DNA of 64,000 nucleotides from an uncultured Chlamydiales bacterium (GTDB lineage Bacteria; Chlamydiota; Chlamydiia; Chlamydiales; FEN-1388): NCBI GenBank assembly GCA_963785335.1, contig CAWAUW010000002.1, positions 168,952 to 232,951 of the forward strand, read 5' to 3'. Shown piece by piece: positions 55,829 to 64,000 of this stretch (position 1 is its first letter; each line of letters starts with the position of its first letter). The notes under the pieces were generated by a model. It saw only the letters and a program-made list of their open reading frames with translations, ran no database searches and was not told where the DNA came from. The position numbers and the translations under genes were made by a program.

Positions 55829-56506
55829 TTACTCCGCAAAAAGCCGTGTACCGATGCGTAGGAGTGTGGCGCCGCATTGTATGGCGATTTTAAAGTCTTG
55901 GGACATGCCCATTGATAGCTGGCAAAATTGTGGAAGCTTATACTCATCTTGAAGTTCTTGTAACAATGTGGCAGCCTCGTTGAAACATGATATTATGACG
56001 CTGCTATCGTCTGTAAGGGGCGCCATGGTCATAAGGCCGCGCAAGTTTATTCCTGGAAGATCTGCAAGATCAGAGAAAACAGCCTTTAGCCCTTCAACAC
56101 TAAAACCATGCTTCGAGAGCTCTTTTGAAGTATTTACCTGAAGTAAAATATCAGTACTAAGATTCCTCAATACGCTTGCTCTTGAAAGCTTTTGAGCTAG
56201 CTCAAAACTATCTACAGAGTGGATAAGTGAAAAACATCCAATAACTTTTGGCACTTTTTTTAATTGGAGCGATCCAATAAGATGCCAAGAGATATCCTGA
56301 GGCAATTCTGCTCGCTTTTGCTCCACTTCTTGCACGCGTGATTCGCCAAATATTCTTTGACCTTGATCATACAAAGTAAGTATTTCTTGAACACTTTTGC
56401 CTTTTGTTACCGCTACGAGCTGTATAGCTTTAGGATCTCTTCCTGAGGCTATTGCGGCATTTATAATTTCATCTTGTACAGCTTTGAGCAACATCAACCA
56501 TTCCAA
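55829..56506 (-). CDS. yggS: YggS-family pyridoxal-phosphate homeostasis protein
   Basis: LVAVTKGKS (PLP lysine) and SMGMSQDF motifs, 225 aa. Confidence 0.85.
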   Translation of the reverse strand: MEWLMLLKAVQDEIINAAIASGRDPKAIQLVAVTKGKSVQEILTLYDQGQRIFGESRVQEVEQKRAELPQDISWHLIGSLQLKKVPKVIGCFSLIHSVDSFELAQKLSRASVLRNLSTDILLQVNTSKELSKHGFSVEGLKAVFSDLADLPGINLRGLMTMAPLTDDSSVIISCFNEAATLLQELQDEYKLPQFCQLSMGMSQDFKIAIQCGATLLRIGTRLFAE

Positions 56507-57033
56507 GGAAAAGGCGATGAGCGCTTTGATACTGGCACATGAAATACTTCATATGACAAAAAGAGCAATTTTTCTTGGGGCAGGCTTTTTATAAGCTGCT
56601 GTATAGTTGGCTTTTTGGGTCTTATGAGAACCGACCCTTCATTTTGAGCAAGACGAAAAGCATCACTTACAAGTTCATTTTCGGATCTAAGGTGTATTGT
56701 CAGCTGCTGATCAGTGATGGGTGAATGAGAAGAAAAGTCATCAAGTCCGGCGTGAAAATCATATTTTTTATCAATAGCTACTGCAGGGGGCTTTGGCACA
56801 AAAGTTTTTTCATACTTTTGGGCAGGGATTCGCACCACAGGCTGTCGTCTATGTATTTCTTCCTCTTCTTGCCGTAAAATTTCTTCATAATTTTCTTCAT
56901 CTTCATCTGCCTCATCATGAGTCTCGTGGCTTATACGATCAGGGCCAAAGATGGAGCGTAAGACGGTTATTATACTATAAATAACCGCCGCTGCCGCTAC
57001 AAAAAGTGATACGTAATTATCAAGATCGTCCAT
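56494..57033 (-). CDS. Hypothetical N-terminally anchored acidic protein in the floA operon
   Basis: TM segment YVSLFVAAAAVIYSIITVL followed by an acidic run DEADEDEENYEEILRQEEEE. Overlaps both neighbouring genes. Confidence 0.5.
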   Translation of the reverse strand: MDDLDNYVSLFVAAAAVIYSIITVLRSIFGPDRISHETHDEADEDEENYEEILRQEEEEIHRRQPVVRIPAQKYEKTFVPKPPAVAIDKKYDFHAGLDDFSSHSPITDQQLTIHLRSENELVSDAFRLAQNEGSVLIRPKKPTIQQLIKSLPQEKLLFLSYEVFHVPVSKRSSPFPWNG

Positions 57034-58025
57034 TACGCAGTAGGCGATGCGCCCCCTCCTGATAGCTCTTTTCTCATGCGCGTATCGGCCTGGAGGTTAT
57101 CCATGCGTAGATAGTCCATAAAGCCAACTTTCCCGGCGCGAAGAGCTTCTGCCATAGCTTGCGGCACTGCAGCTTGAGCTTCGATGTATTTGGCTTCCAT
57201 GTCTTTAACCTTAGCGCTATTTTCTTGTTCTGCAGCAACGGCCATAGCACGTCTTTCTTCGGCCTTGGCTTGAGCAATGCGCTTATCAGATTCGGCTTTA
57301 TCAGCGCGAAGTTTAGCTCCGATATTTTCACCGATAGCAATATCTGCAATATCAATGGATAAAATTTCAAATGCTGTTTGCGCATCAAGTCCTTTATCAA
57401 GTACGCGCTTTGAGATAAGCTGCGGATTTTCTAGGACAAGTAAATGATTTTCAGCTGCGCCAATTGCACCGATAATACCCTCACCCACGCGGGCAATGAT
57501 AGTTTCTTCTGTAGCACCGCCAACAAGCTGAGCAATATTTGTGCGCACTGTAACGCGCGCGCGGCATTTAAGCTGTACGCCGTCTTTTGCAACGCCTGTA
57601 ATATAATCACCGCGAGATCTATCAGGACAGTCAATAACTTTTGGGTTCACAGATGTTCTTACAGCATCTAAAATATCACGGCCAGCAAGGTCAATGGCTG
57701 TAGCTCTTTTCCAATCTAGGGGGATATTGGCTTTTTCGGCAGCAATTAAGGCAGCAACTACATCAAGTACGCGTCCGCCTGCCAAATAGTGCGTTTCAAG
57801 ATCTGCCACGTTAAACTGCTTTAAGCCTGCTTTAAAAGCATTAATATGTGCATTTACAATAATACGTGGCGGGATTTTTCGAAGGCTCATACCTACAATA
57901 TTAAAAAGGGAAATTGGTGTTCCTGATACTAGAGCCTGAAACCATAGGCTTATAAAACGGCCCAGTATTATCACCAAAATGAAGGCAATAACTGCCAATA
58001 CGATCAATAAAAACGACACTTCCAT
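57033..58025 (-). CDS. floA: Flotillin-like SPFH protein FloA (UPF0365/YqfA family)
   Basis: 330 aa. N-terminal TM segment, SPFH core and Ala/Glu-rich C-terminal helix ([14 protein letters not shown]). Sits downstream of the nfeD genes, as in Bacillus yqeZ-yqfA. Confidence 0.8.
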   Translation of the reverse strand: MEVSFLLIVLAVIAFILVIILGRFISLWFQALVSGTPISLFNIVGMSLRKIPPRIIVNAHINAFKAGLKQFNVADLETHYLAGGRVLDVVAALIAAEKANIPLDWKRATAIDLAGRDILDAVRTSVNPKVIDCPDRSRGDYITGVAKDGVQLKCRARVTVRTNIAQLVGGATEETIIARVGEGIIGAIGAAENHLLVLENPQLISKRVLDKGLDAQTAFEILSIDIADIAIGENIGAKLRADKAESDKRIAQAKAEERRAMAVAAEQENSAKVKDMEAKYIEAQAAVPQAMAEALRAGKVGFMDYLRMDNLQADTRMRKELSGGGASPTA

Positions 58026-58027
58026 TG

Positions 58028-58492
58028 TTACCTCAAAGGTTTAACGACATAATTTCCGAGCTCTTTTGCGATAACCTCTATCTCAACTCCTTTGTTAAGG
58101 TAGGGTCCGCGACAAATAATAGGATAGCGTTTTGCATCAATTACAGCATAGCCGGAAGGTCCGCATTCGGTACTTGTAATGCCTTTTTTGCCCACAATAT
58201 CTTCTGCAAGTGTTGATGAAGTATACCCTTCTTGATCCTTTGACAAAAAAAATGTATTTTTGGATGCAGATTTACGTATTAAACGAATGGCAAACCAAAT
58301 AACCACAACAACTGCAACGCAAACTGCCCCAAAAAAAAGTGCACTTGCCCACACAGATTGCGATGCCGTAAAAAATACAACTAAAGAGGCAATAATAAAG
58401 ATAAAGGCCGCTACCGCAAATGCCCCGCCCGGAAGGTAAAATTCAAGCCAAATAAACAACAGGCCAAGTGCTAAAAGAATATACGACATCAA
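58028..58492 (-). CDS. NfeD-family membrane protein (short form with C-terminal OB domain)
   Basis: 154 aa with three N-terminal TM segments and a soluble C-terminus ([28 protein letters not shown]). Confidence 0.65.
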   Translation of the reverse strand: MMSYILLALGLLFIWLEFYLPGGAFAVAAFIFIIASLVVFFTASQSVWASALFFGAVCVAVVVVIWFAIRLIRKSASKNTFFLSKDQEGYTSSTLAEDIVGKKGITSTECGPSGYAVIDAKRYPIICRGPYLNKGVEIEVIAKELGNYVVKPLR

Positions 58493-60060
58493 TACTGTTC
58501 CTCAACTATAACTTTAGCACCCTCAATTCGCACAATGCGAACTTTTGTGCCTTCCAAAATAAAACTTCCGGTACTTAGTGCATCATATTCAGTATCATTT
58601 ACTGATACTTTGCCAGCAGGCCTAAGTGCCGCTGTTACTATGACCTCAGAGCCAATAGAGGGTAAATCTGTAAGCGGCGATGCTGGTAAATTTCCATCTA
58701 GTGCTGCCTTTGAGCGCATATCATCTGATAATATAAGTACTTTGGCAAAACCTATTTTTGGCCATATGTAGCGGCTTAAAATAGAAATAATCACAAGTGC
58801 TACTAAAAATGCTCCCGATAACCATGCTAAGCGGTTAAGTACATATTGCCCTGCCACATTCAGTGTATCGTTTTCATAAGATACTAACTCAATACCTGGC
58901 AGCATCATGCCGGCAAGGCCCATTACCACAAAAATAACCCCCACAACTCCTAAAATACCAAGTGTGGGGAAAAAAAAGACTTCAAGGCCCACCAAAACAA
59001 GCCCAAACACCAGTAAAATTGGTTCTAAAACATGTATCGCCTCTAATGCAAAACTTGAAAGAAGCACTAAGAAAACAGAAATTAAAGCAGCCGCACCAGC
59101 TACGCCAAAGCCTCCGCTAGAAAATTCCATATAAAGTGCAATCAGCATTACCGTAAATAAAAGCGATGATACAGCAGGTGATGCCAAGAATGCTAAAAAT
59201 TTTGTCTGCCAATTTAACTTGTATTCGTGAACCTCAATATCGCCTATTTTTTTAAAAAATGGAATCTGCATAAGATCTGTTTTTGAAAGCAAATAGTTAC
59301 CGGTTTCTTGTTCTTGACTAGTTAAAAGTGTAAGGCTTTGGGGCATAAAGCTCATATCAGCAACGCCGTATTCGAGCATTTCATCAGCATTTAGTGTTAA
59401 AAGCTTGCCTTTGGGGCTTATGAGTATATCGCTTTTTTTGATCTGTTCTTCAGATTCTATTTTAATAATTTTATCATCACGCTTTACCAAAATGACATCT
59501 TTATCAACCATAGCCTCCGCTATGTAGGGATTGCGATCAAAAAATTTAGCATGATTTGCAAAATCTGTACGCAATGCCGAATTTACCTTTTCAGATGCCG
59601 TTTCCATCTTTCCGCCTTCACCCATAGTAATAGGCTCAGCCGCTCCCATGCTTGCATCTTTTGAGCACACAATATAGCGGCAACTATAAGCAAGCATAGC
59701 GCCGGCAGATATGGCCCAATTGTCAATATAGCAGATTATGGGAATGCCAAATTGCGTATCCATTTCTTTGAGAGCATCAGATATTCGCTCTGCAGCAAAT
59801 ACCTCACCGCCAGGTGAATTCAGTTCCAAAATAATGACCGCCGGCTTTGTTTTTTTATAGGCATCAAGTGCGGTATTAAAATAAATCCAGGTGGCCTCAC
59901 TTATTGCTTCTTTTCGATCTGTGAGCTTAATCATGCCAACGCGTGCTGGTGTATCAAAATGCACATGTTCAGAAAGTGATTTTTCAAAACTTGCTGAATC
60001 GGCATCTGCTTTTACACAAATACAGCAGCACAAAAATAATAATATAAAATTTTTTATCAT
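58489..60060 (-). CDS. NfeD-type membrane-bound ClpP-class serine protease (long form)
   Basis: ILELNSPGGEVFAAERI and ISAGAMLAYSC (ClpP/SppA-type motifs). Central TM bundle and C-terminal OB-like domain. Confidence 0.75.
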   Translation of the reverse strand: MIKNFILLFLCCCICVKADADSASFEKSLSEHVHFDTPARVGMIKLTDRKEAISEATWIYFNTALDAYKKTKPAVIILELNSPGGEVFAAERISDALKEMDTQFGIPIICYIDNWAISAGAMLAYSCRYIVCSKDASMGAAEPITMGEGGKMETASEKVNSALRTDFANHAKFFDRNPYIAEAMVDKDVILVKRDDKIIKIESEEQIKKSDILISPKGKLLTLNADEMLEYGVADMSFMPQSLTLLTSQEQETGNYLLSKTDLMQIPFFKKIGDIEVHEYKLNWQTKFLAFLASPAVSSLLFTVMLIALYMEFSSGGFGVAGAAALISVFLVLLSSFALEAIHVLEPILLVFGLVLVGLEVFFFPTLGILGVVGVIFVVMGLAGMMLPGIELVSYENDTLNVAGQYVLNRLAWLSGAFLVALVIISILSRYIWPKIGFAKVLILSDDMRSKAALDGNLPASPLTDLPSIGSEVIVTAALRPAGKVSVNDTEYDALSTGSFILEGTKVRIVRIEGAKVIVEEQY

Positions 60061-61367
60061 AGCACCGCAAAGTGGCAGAGATTTTTTGGTGATTCATGCT
60101 GCACAAAATCAAGCAGCAGATCACGAGTTTTTTCAAGTTCCACCTGGCTATGGGCCATAGAAACAAACCATGCTTCATATGGTCCTGGAGGCATATACAC
60201 ACCGTTATCGAACATATGATAAAAAAGCTTTTTAAAGAGATCGCCATCTTGGGCTTTTGCATCTTGATGATTTAATACTTCTCTTACACCGCAAAAGAGC
60301 GTAAATAACGAGCCTTGAGCATGCAAGCAAAATGGCATCTCTTTTTCTTGGATAAGCTGCTGCAATGGCTCTGTAATGATGCGGGCTTTTTTATCCAACT
60401 GTTCGTAAAATCCTTTTTCTTCACACATCTCAAGTGCTTCTAGGCCCGCCTGCATGGCTACGGGGTTACCCGAAAGAGTTCCTGCTTGATAAACACCTCC
60501 CAAAGGCGCCAAAGAGTCCATAATACAGGCTTTACCTCCAAAGCCAGCGGCAGGATAACCTCCGCCCATTACCTTGCCAAAGCAGCTTAAATCAGGTGTT
60601 ATATCATATAAACTTTGAGCCCCTCCCAAAGCCACACGAAATCCAGAAATTACCTCATCAAAAATCAAAAGAGCACCGCATGCTTTAGTACGCTGTCTTA
60701 GAAGTTGCAAAAATTCTGATGTACCAGCCACTAACCCCATATTGGCAGCTATAGGCTCAAGTATGACGCAGGCCAAATTTTCTTGAATTTTAGGATCATC
60801 TAGTAGCGCATTAAATGCTTTGCAGTCGTTATAAGAAAGACAAAGCGTTGAGGCAAGCATCTCATGAGGTATACCGCTTGATGAAGATTCAGTAAGCCGT
60901 GTGACGCCGGACCCTGCCTGCAGTAAAAAGTGATCGGCATGGCCATGATAACAGCCAGCAAATTTGATCACCAAAGATCGTTTTGTATAGCCGCGAGCAA
61001 GCCGGCAAGCAGACATAGTAGCCTCAGTTCCAGAGCTAACCATCCTCACCTTTTCGCATGAGGGCATAAGTTTTGTAATTTTGCGTGCAAGTTTTTCTTC
61101 AATTTCGGTAGTTGCACCAAACGATGAGCCTTTTTTGAGTCTAGAAATTGCCGCATCAACTATCTGGGGATGACAGTGGCCATGAATAAGTGCTCCCCAA
61201 GACATGCAGTAATCAATATAGCTATTACCATCAACATCGGTAATAAGTGACCCTTGGCCAGATTCAACAACTAAAGGGGTTATATCAAGATCATAAAAAG
61301 CACGTACTGGGGAGTTCACACCACCCGGAATCACTTCACAAGCTTTTTCAAAGCATTTTTTACTCAA
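60057..61367 (-). CDS. hemL: Glutamate-1-semialdehyde 2,1-aminomutase
   Basis: IPGGVNSPVRAF, DEVISGFR and FGKVMGGGYP motifs. TTG start at 61367. Confidence 0.9.
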   Translation of the reverse strand: MSKKCFEKACEVIPGGVNSPVRAFYDLDITPLVVESGQGSLITDVDGNSYIDYCMSWGALIHGHCHPQIVDAAISRLKKGSSFGATTEIEEKLARKITKLMPSCEKVRMVSSGTEATMSACRLARGYTKRSLVIKFAGCYHGHADHFLLQAGSGVTRLTESSSSGIPHEMLASTLCLSYNDCKAFNALLDDPKIQENLACVILEPIAANMGLVAGTSEFLQLLRQRTKACGALLIFDEVISGFRVALGGAQSLYDITPDLSCFGKVMGGGYPAAGFGGKACIMDSLAPLGGVYQAGTLSGNPVAMQAGLEALEMCEEKGFYEQLDKKARIITEPLQQLIQEKEMPFCLHAQGSLFTLFCGVREVLNHQDAKAQDGDLFKKLFYHMFDNGVYMPPGPYEAWFVSMAHSQVELEKTRDLLLDFVQHESPKNLCHFAVL

Positions 61368-61520
61368 AGGTCGATTATGTGTTCTAATGGTCTTTCTCCG
61401 TTATAGTAAGGTGCGAAAAAATAAATCGCTGTGCCAAAGCGAGCGATCGCATGCACTAACTTAAGTAAATCTAAGTAAAGATCCACAACCTAAAAGGCTG
61501 GGATAAAAGCTAGGGATGTT

Positions 61521-61950
61521 CCCATGCGCTAAATTAATTAGATTCCAAGTATCTTCTTCAGACTGAAGGTCTGGGCTATAAAAGCCCGGGCAGCGCCCTG
61601 GCTATACTGTAGATGTGATTGCAGGCTGAAGGCTCGTTATAGTGAACAATAAATTAAACAGATATTTGGCCAAAAACTATTACCTTTTTTGTTTACAATA
61701 ACGCAGGCCTTCAGCCTGCAATTCTTTTTACAACGTTCCCAGGGCGCTGCCCTGGGCTTTTATAACCCAGGCCTTCAGCCTGCAAACCACACCACAGTAT
61801 GCCCAGGAACATGCCCAGGGCTTTTATAACGCAGGCCTTCAGCTTACAAATCACACCCACAGTATACCCAGGGCCTGCCCTGGGCTTTAACAACCCAGAC
61901 TTTCAGTCTGAATATGATATTTAAAAATCTATTTAAATTAGCGCTCATGG
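61521..61950. repeat. Composite F3 palindrome with a tandemly expanded right arm
   Basis: Left arm 61559-61633 (hairpins CAGACTGAAGGTCTG, GCCCGGGCAGCGCCCTGGC, GCAGGCTGAAGGC). Right arm 61703-61910 contains the complementary two-hairpin unit three times with a 64-65-bp period. Outer IR 61521-61535/61934-61950. Confidence 0.85.
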
Positions 61951-62094
61951 GTCATAAGCTTCGCTTGCCCAATGTTTACGTTTATTCTTCCAGCAATCTA
62001 AAGGTAGCAAACATACGGAATTTGAGAGTAGTAATTTCCTCTGTGCATAAATTAACAGATTTGTTATGTAGTCGATAAATAGTCGAGGGTAATT

Positions 62095-62208
62095 ATGAAA
62101 CAAATTTTAATCGCAATTTGTCTATCAACACTTTTTTCAGGATGTGTTGTGAAAGAAGAAGAATACCATCACCGTCATCATGATAAAGTATATATAGAAG
62201 AACGTTAA
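62095..62208 (+). CDS. 37-aa lipoprotein with a His-rich mature peptide
   Basis: GAGGG RBS. MKQILIAICLSTLFSGC lipobox, then VVKEEEYHHRHHDKVYIEER. Under the 60-aa ORF-track cutoff. Confidence 0.45.
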   Translation: MKQILIAICLSTLFSGCVVKEEEYHHRHHDKVYIEER

Positions 62209-62222
62209 TATTAAGGATTTTT

Positions 62223-62420
62223 ATGATCGCCGTATTTTTATTAGCAACAGCAGCTATTCTTCCAGCCAGTGAAGTAATAGTAGAAGAAAAAGAACCTAAA
62301 GTTATTGTTCACGAACCAGAATCTCATGTGATTGTCGAAGAGCCTTTTGTTGAATATCGTCCCTACCATCATCACCACCACCATCACGATGATGTAATTG
62401 TAGAAGAAAAAATACGCTAG
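62223..62420 (+). CDS. 65-aa exported His-rich peptide with VIVEE repeats
   Basis: AAGGA RBS. Hydrophobic leader MIAVFLLATAAILPAS. EVIVEE/KVIVHE/HVIVEE/DVIVEE repeats and an H7 run. Confidence 0.5.
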   Translation: MIAVFLLATAAILPASEVIVEEKEPKVIVHEPESHVIVEEPFVEYRPYHHHHHHHDDVIVEEKIR

Positions 62421-62583
62421 GCCAAGTTCAGTGATTGTAGTCACGAATTTTCTATATATCATTGATTCTAAACAGTTTAAATTTTTAAAGATAGGGGTTT
62501 ACGACCCATTTTTAAAAATGTAAACTGTTTAGGGTCGATGAGATGACGAAAATTCGTGACTACAATTACTGAACTAGGGCTAG
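62416..62583. repeat. Two-layer nested palindrome overlapping the His-rich ORF stop
   Basis: Outer arms GCTAGGCCAAGTTCAGTGATTGTAGTCACGAATTTTC / GAAAATTCGTGACTACAATTACTGAACTAGGGCTAG. Inner arms TCTAAACAGTTTAAATTTTTAAA / TTTAAAAATGTAAACTGTTTAG. Confidence 0.8.
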
Positions 62584-62643
62584 AACCTCTTTGCAACCAT
62601 AATCCAAAAGATGTACGCTTGTACCTTACTCATCCTAAGGTCC

Positions 62644-64000
62644 ATGATGTACCCTGTGCTCGTGACAGCTTTATTTCTTTTTTGTAGCACGGCTCTTTTG
62701 GCTGTTGGGTATACTGTTGATATTCAATGCCCAGATAAGTCCTTAAAAAAAGCATTTACCGTCAGCTCACAAACTCTTTTGCTGAAAGACAAAACCACGC
62801 TTGCAGCACTTAGAAGGCGCGCAAGTAAAGACAAGGAAAAATTTGAAGATCTAGCGCACTACTATGGCTACTACAGCGCTGTTATTTCCTACTCGATTCA
62901 CAACTACAACGAAGTTATATTTCAGTGCGCCTTAGGTCCAAAGTATCGTTTGGAATCTTGCAATATCGTAGCCGATGAAATAAACGATGACTTACCTAAG
63001 CTGCAGATGCTTAATCTTCAAATATCAGAGCCCATTACCTCGCAGCAAATACTAGATGCCGAAAAAAAACTTCTTTGGCTTTTAAAAAAGAAAGGCTACG
63101 CCCAAAGCTCAATAAGTAAAAAAGAATGCATAGCTCACGCAAAAAACCATACGCTGGCAGTAACTTACTATGTAAAGCTCGGTCCCATCGTGCATTTTGG
63201 TCCTACACAGGTTGTTGGCAGTCAAAATGTTTTACGTGAAACCATCAATAAATATATCATTTGGAAAGAAGGCCAACTGTATAACCCAGCAGATATCGAA
63301 AAAACACAGCAGCATCTTGAAAAAACTGGTCTTTTTTCATCAGTCATTATTACTGAAAGTAGCGATGATCTACAAAACAACAACCTGCCGCTAACCATAA
63401 ACGTTCAAGAAAGTAAACACCATAGTATTGGCGCAGGCGTGGCATACGCAACTTCGTTTGGTCCGGGTATTAAAGCTTCTTGGGAAAATAAAAATTTACG
63501 CGGCTCAGGTGATAGGCTTACCTTTAGAACAGAAGTATGGGAAAAGTATCAAAAGGTGCTATTAAGTCTTACAAAACCACATTTTCATGATTGTGATCAA
63601 GATTTTATCTGGATTGCAGAATACGATAAATTACGCAATATTGCCTTTGATTCACGCTCTTATAATTTATCAGCTATTTTACAAAAACGATTAAGCCGCC
63701 GTACCGAAACGATGGCAGGGTTAAGAGCCGAATGGCTGCATTCTCGAAATTTTGAAGGCTCACAATACTTCCACATAGTTAAAATACCCCTGCAGCTCAA
63801 GTGGAGCAATGCCAATAACTTGCTTGATCCAACCAAAGGTCAAACATATAATGTAAAAATCACTCCCGCGACAAATTTTTATAAAAATAGCTTTTTTTAC
63901 GCTATGCACACCTCAACACTTTCTGGCTATCATTCCGTTTTCAACAATCACCTCACCTTTGCAGCTAAAATTGTTTTTGGAAATATCATGGGCGCTGCTC
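62644..64000 (+). CDS. Omp85-family (TamA/BamA-like, surface antigen D15) outer-membrane protein, 3'-truncated by the window end
   Basis: Frame 1 is open from 62584 to the window end. Signal peptide MMYPVLVTALFLFCSTALLA, POTRA-like region, then HSIGAGVAYATSFGPGIKASWENKNLRGSGDRLTF, which is typical of Omp85 barrels. An alternative ATG lies at 62611. Confidence 0.7.
   Translation, partial: MMYPVLVTALFLFCSTALLAVGYTVDIQCPDKSLKKAFTVSSQTLLLKDKTTLAALRRRASKDKEKFEDLAHYYGYYSAVISYSIHNYNEVIFQCALGPKYRLESCNIVADEINDDLPKLQMLNLQISEPITSQQILDAEKKLLWLLKKKGYAQSSISKKECIAHAKNHTLAVTYYVKLGPIVHFGPTQVVGSQNVLRETINKYIIWKEGQLYNPADIEKTQQHLEKTGLFSSVIITESSDDLQNNNLPLTINVQESKHHSIGAGVAYATSFGPGIKASWENKNLRGSGDRLTFRTEVWEKYQKVLLSLTKPHFHDCDQDFIWIAEYDKLRNIAFDSRSYNLSAILQKRLSRRTETMAGLRAEWLHSRNFEGSQYFHIVKIPLQLKWSNANNLLDPTKGQTYNVKITPATNFYKNSFFYAMHTSTLSGYHSVFNNHLTFAAKIVFGNIMGAA

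Noticed and set aside
1-64000. tRNA, rRNA, tmRNA, transposase/IS, integrase, prophage or toxin-antitoxin genes, and known defence-system genes.
   Set aside because: Reading the intergenic regions and all ORF translations turned up no cloverleaf-like tRNA sequence, no rRNA-like stretch, and no DDE/HUH/tyrosine-recombinase or phage-structural motifs. A covariance-model scan (tRNAscan-SE, Infernal) would be needed for certainty.

Overview
This 64-kb chromosomal segment reads like an environmental, amoeba-associated member of the Chlamydiae (Parachlamydiaceae-like). That placement is an inference from three things: the overlapping kdsB-pyrG-ruvX block, the Inc-like bilobed-hydrophobic proteins, and the many LRR/ankyrin 'eukaryote-like' proteins. 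Housekeeping blocks are kdsB-pyrG-ruvX, zwf-opcA-pgl, tsaD, an FKBP, an M29 aminopeptidase, yggS, nfeD-floA, hemL and an Omp85-family gene. They alternate with accessory, effector-like genes: an ankyrin protein, 1752-aa and 1198-aa giants, a run of Inc-like proteins, an LRR-tyrosine-phosphatase fusion, two further LRR proteins, a PI3/4-kinase-like protein, a PP2C-like protein, a secreted PPDK_N-type ATP-grasp protein, and two DUF4143-type AAA ATPases. I saw no rRNA, tRNA, CRISPR array, transposase, integrase or phage gene. The strongest unannotated signal is that almost every long intergenic gap is made of nested ('Russian-doll') palindromes. Their arms are chains of mini-hairpins or iterated 5-9-nt words, with compensatory stem changes between copies. 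Same-family copies often bracket single genes or small gene sets, for example 29787-32706 around an unknown gene plus the LRR-PTP gene. I do not recognise these as a described repeat family, and I consider them the best candidate for something new here. Two genes (a GT4 glycosyltransferase and a carotenoid oxygenase) are split by frameshifts. All protein calls rest on motif recognition by eye in the supplied translations; no database search was possible.
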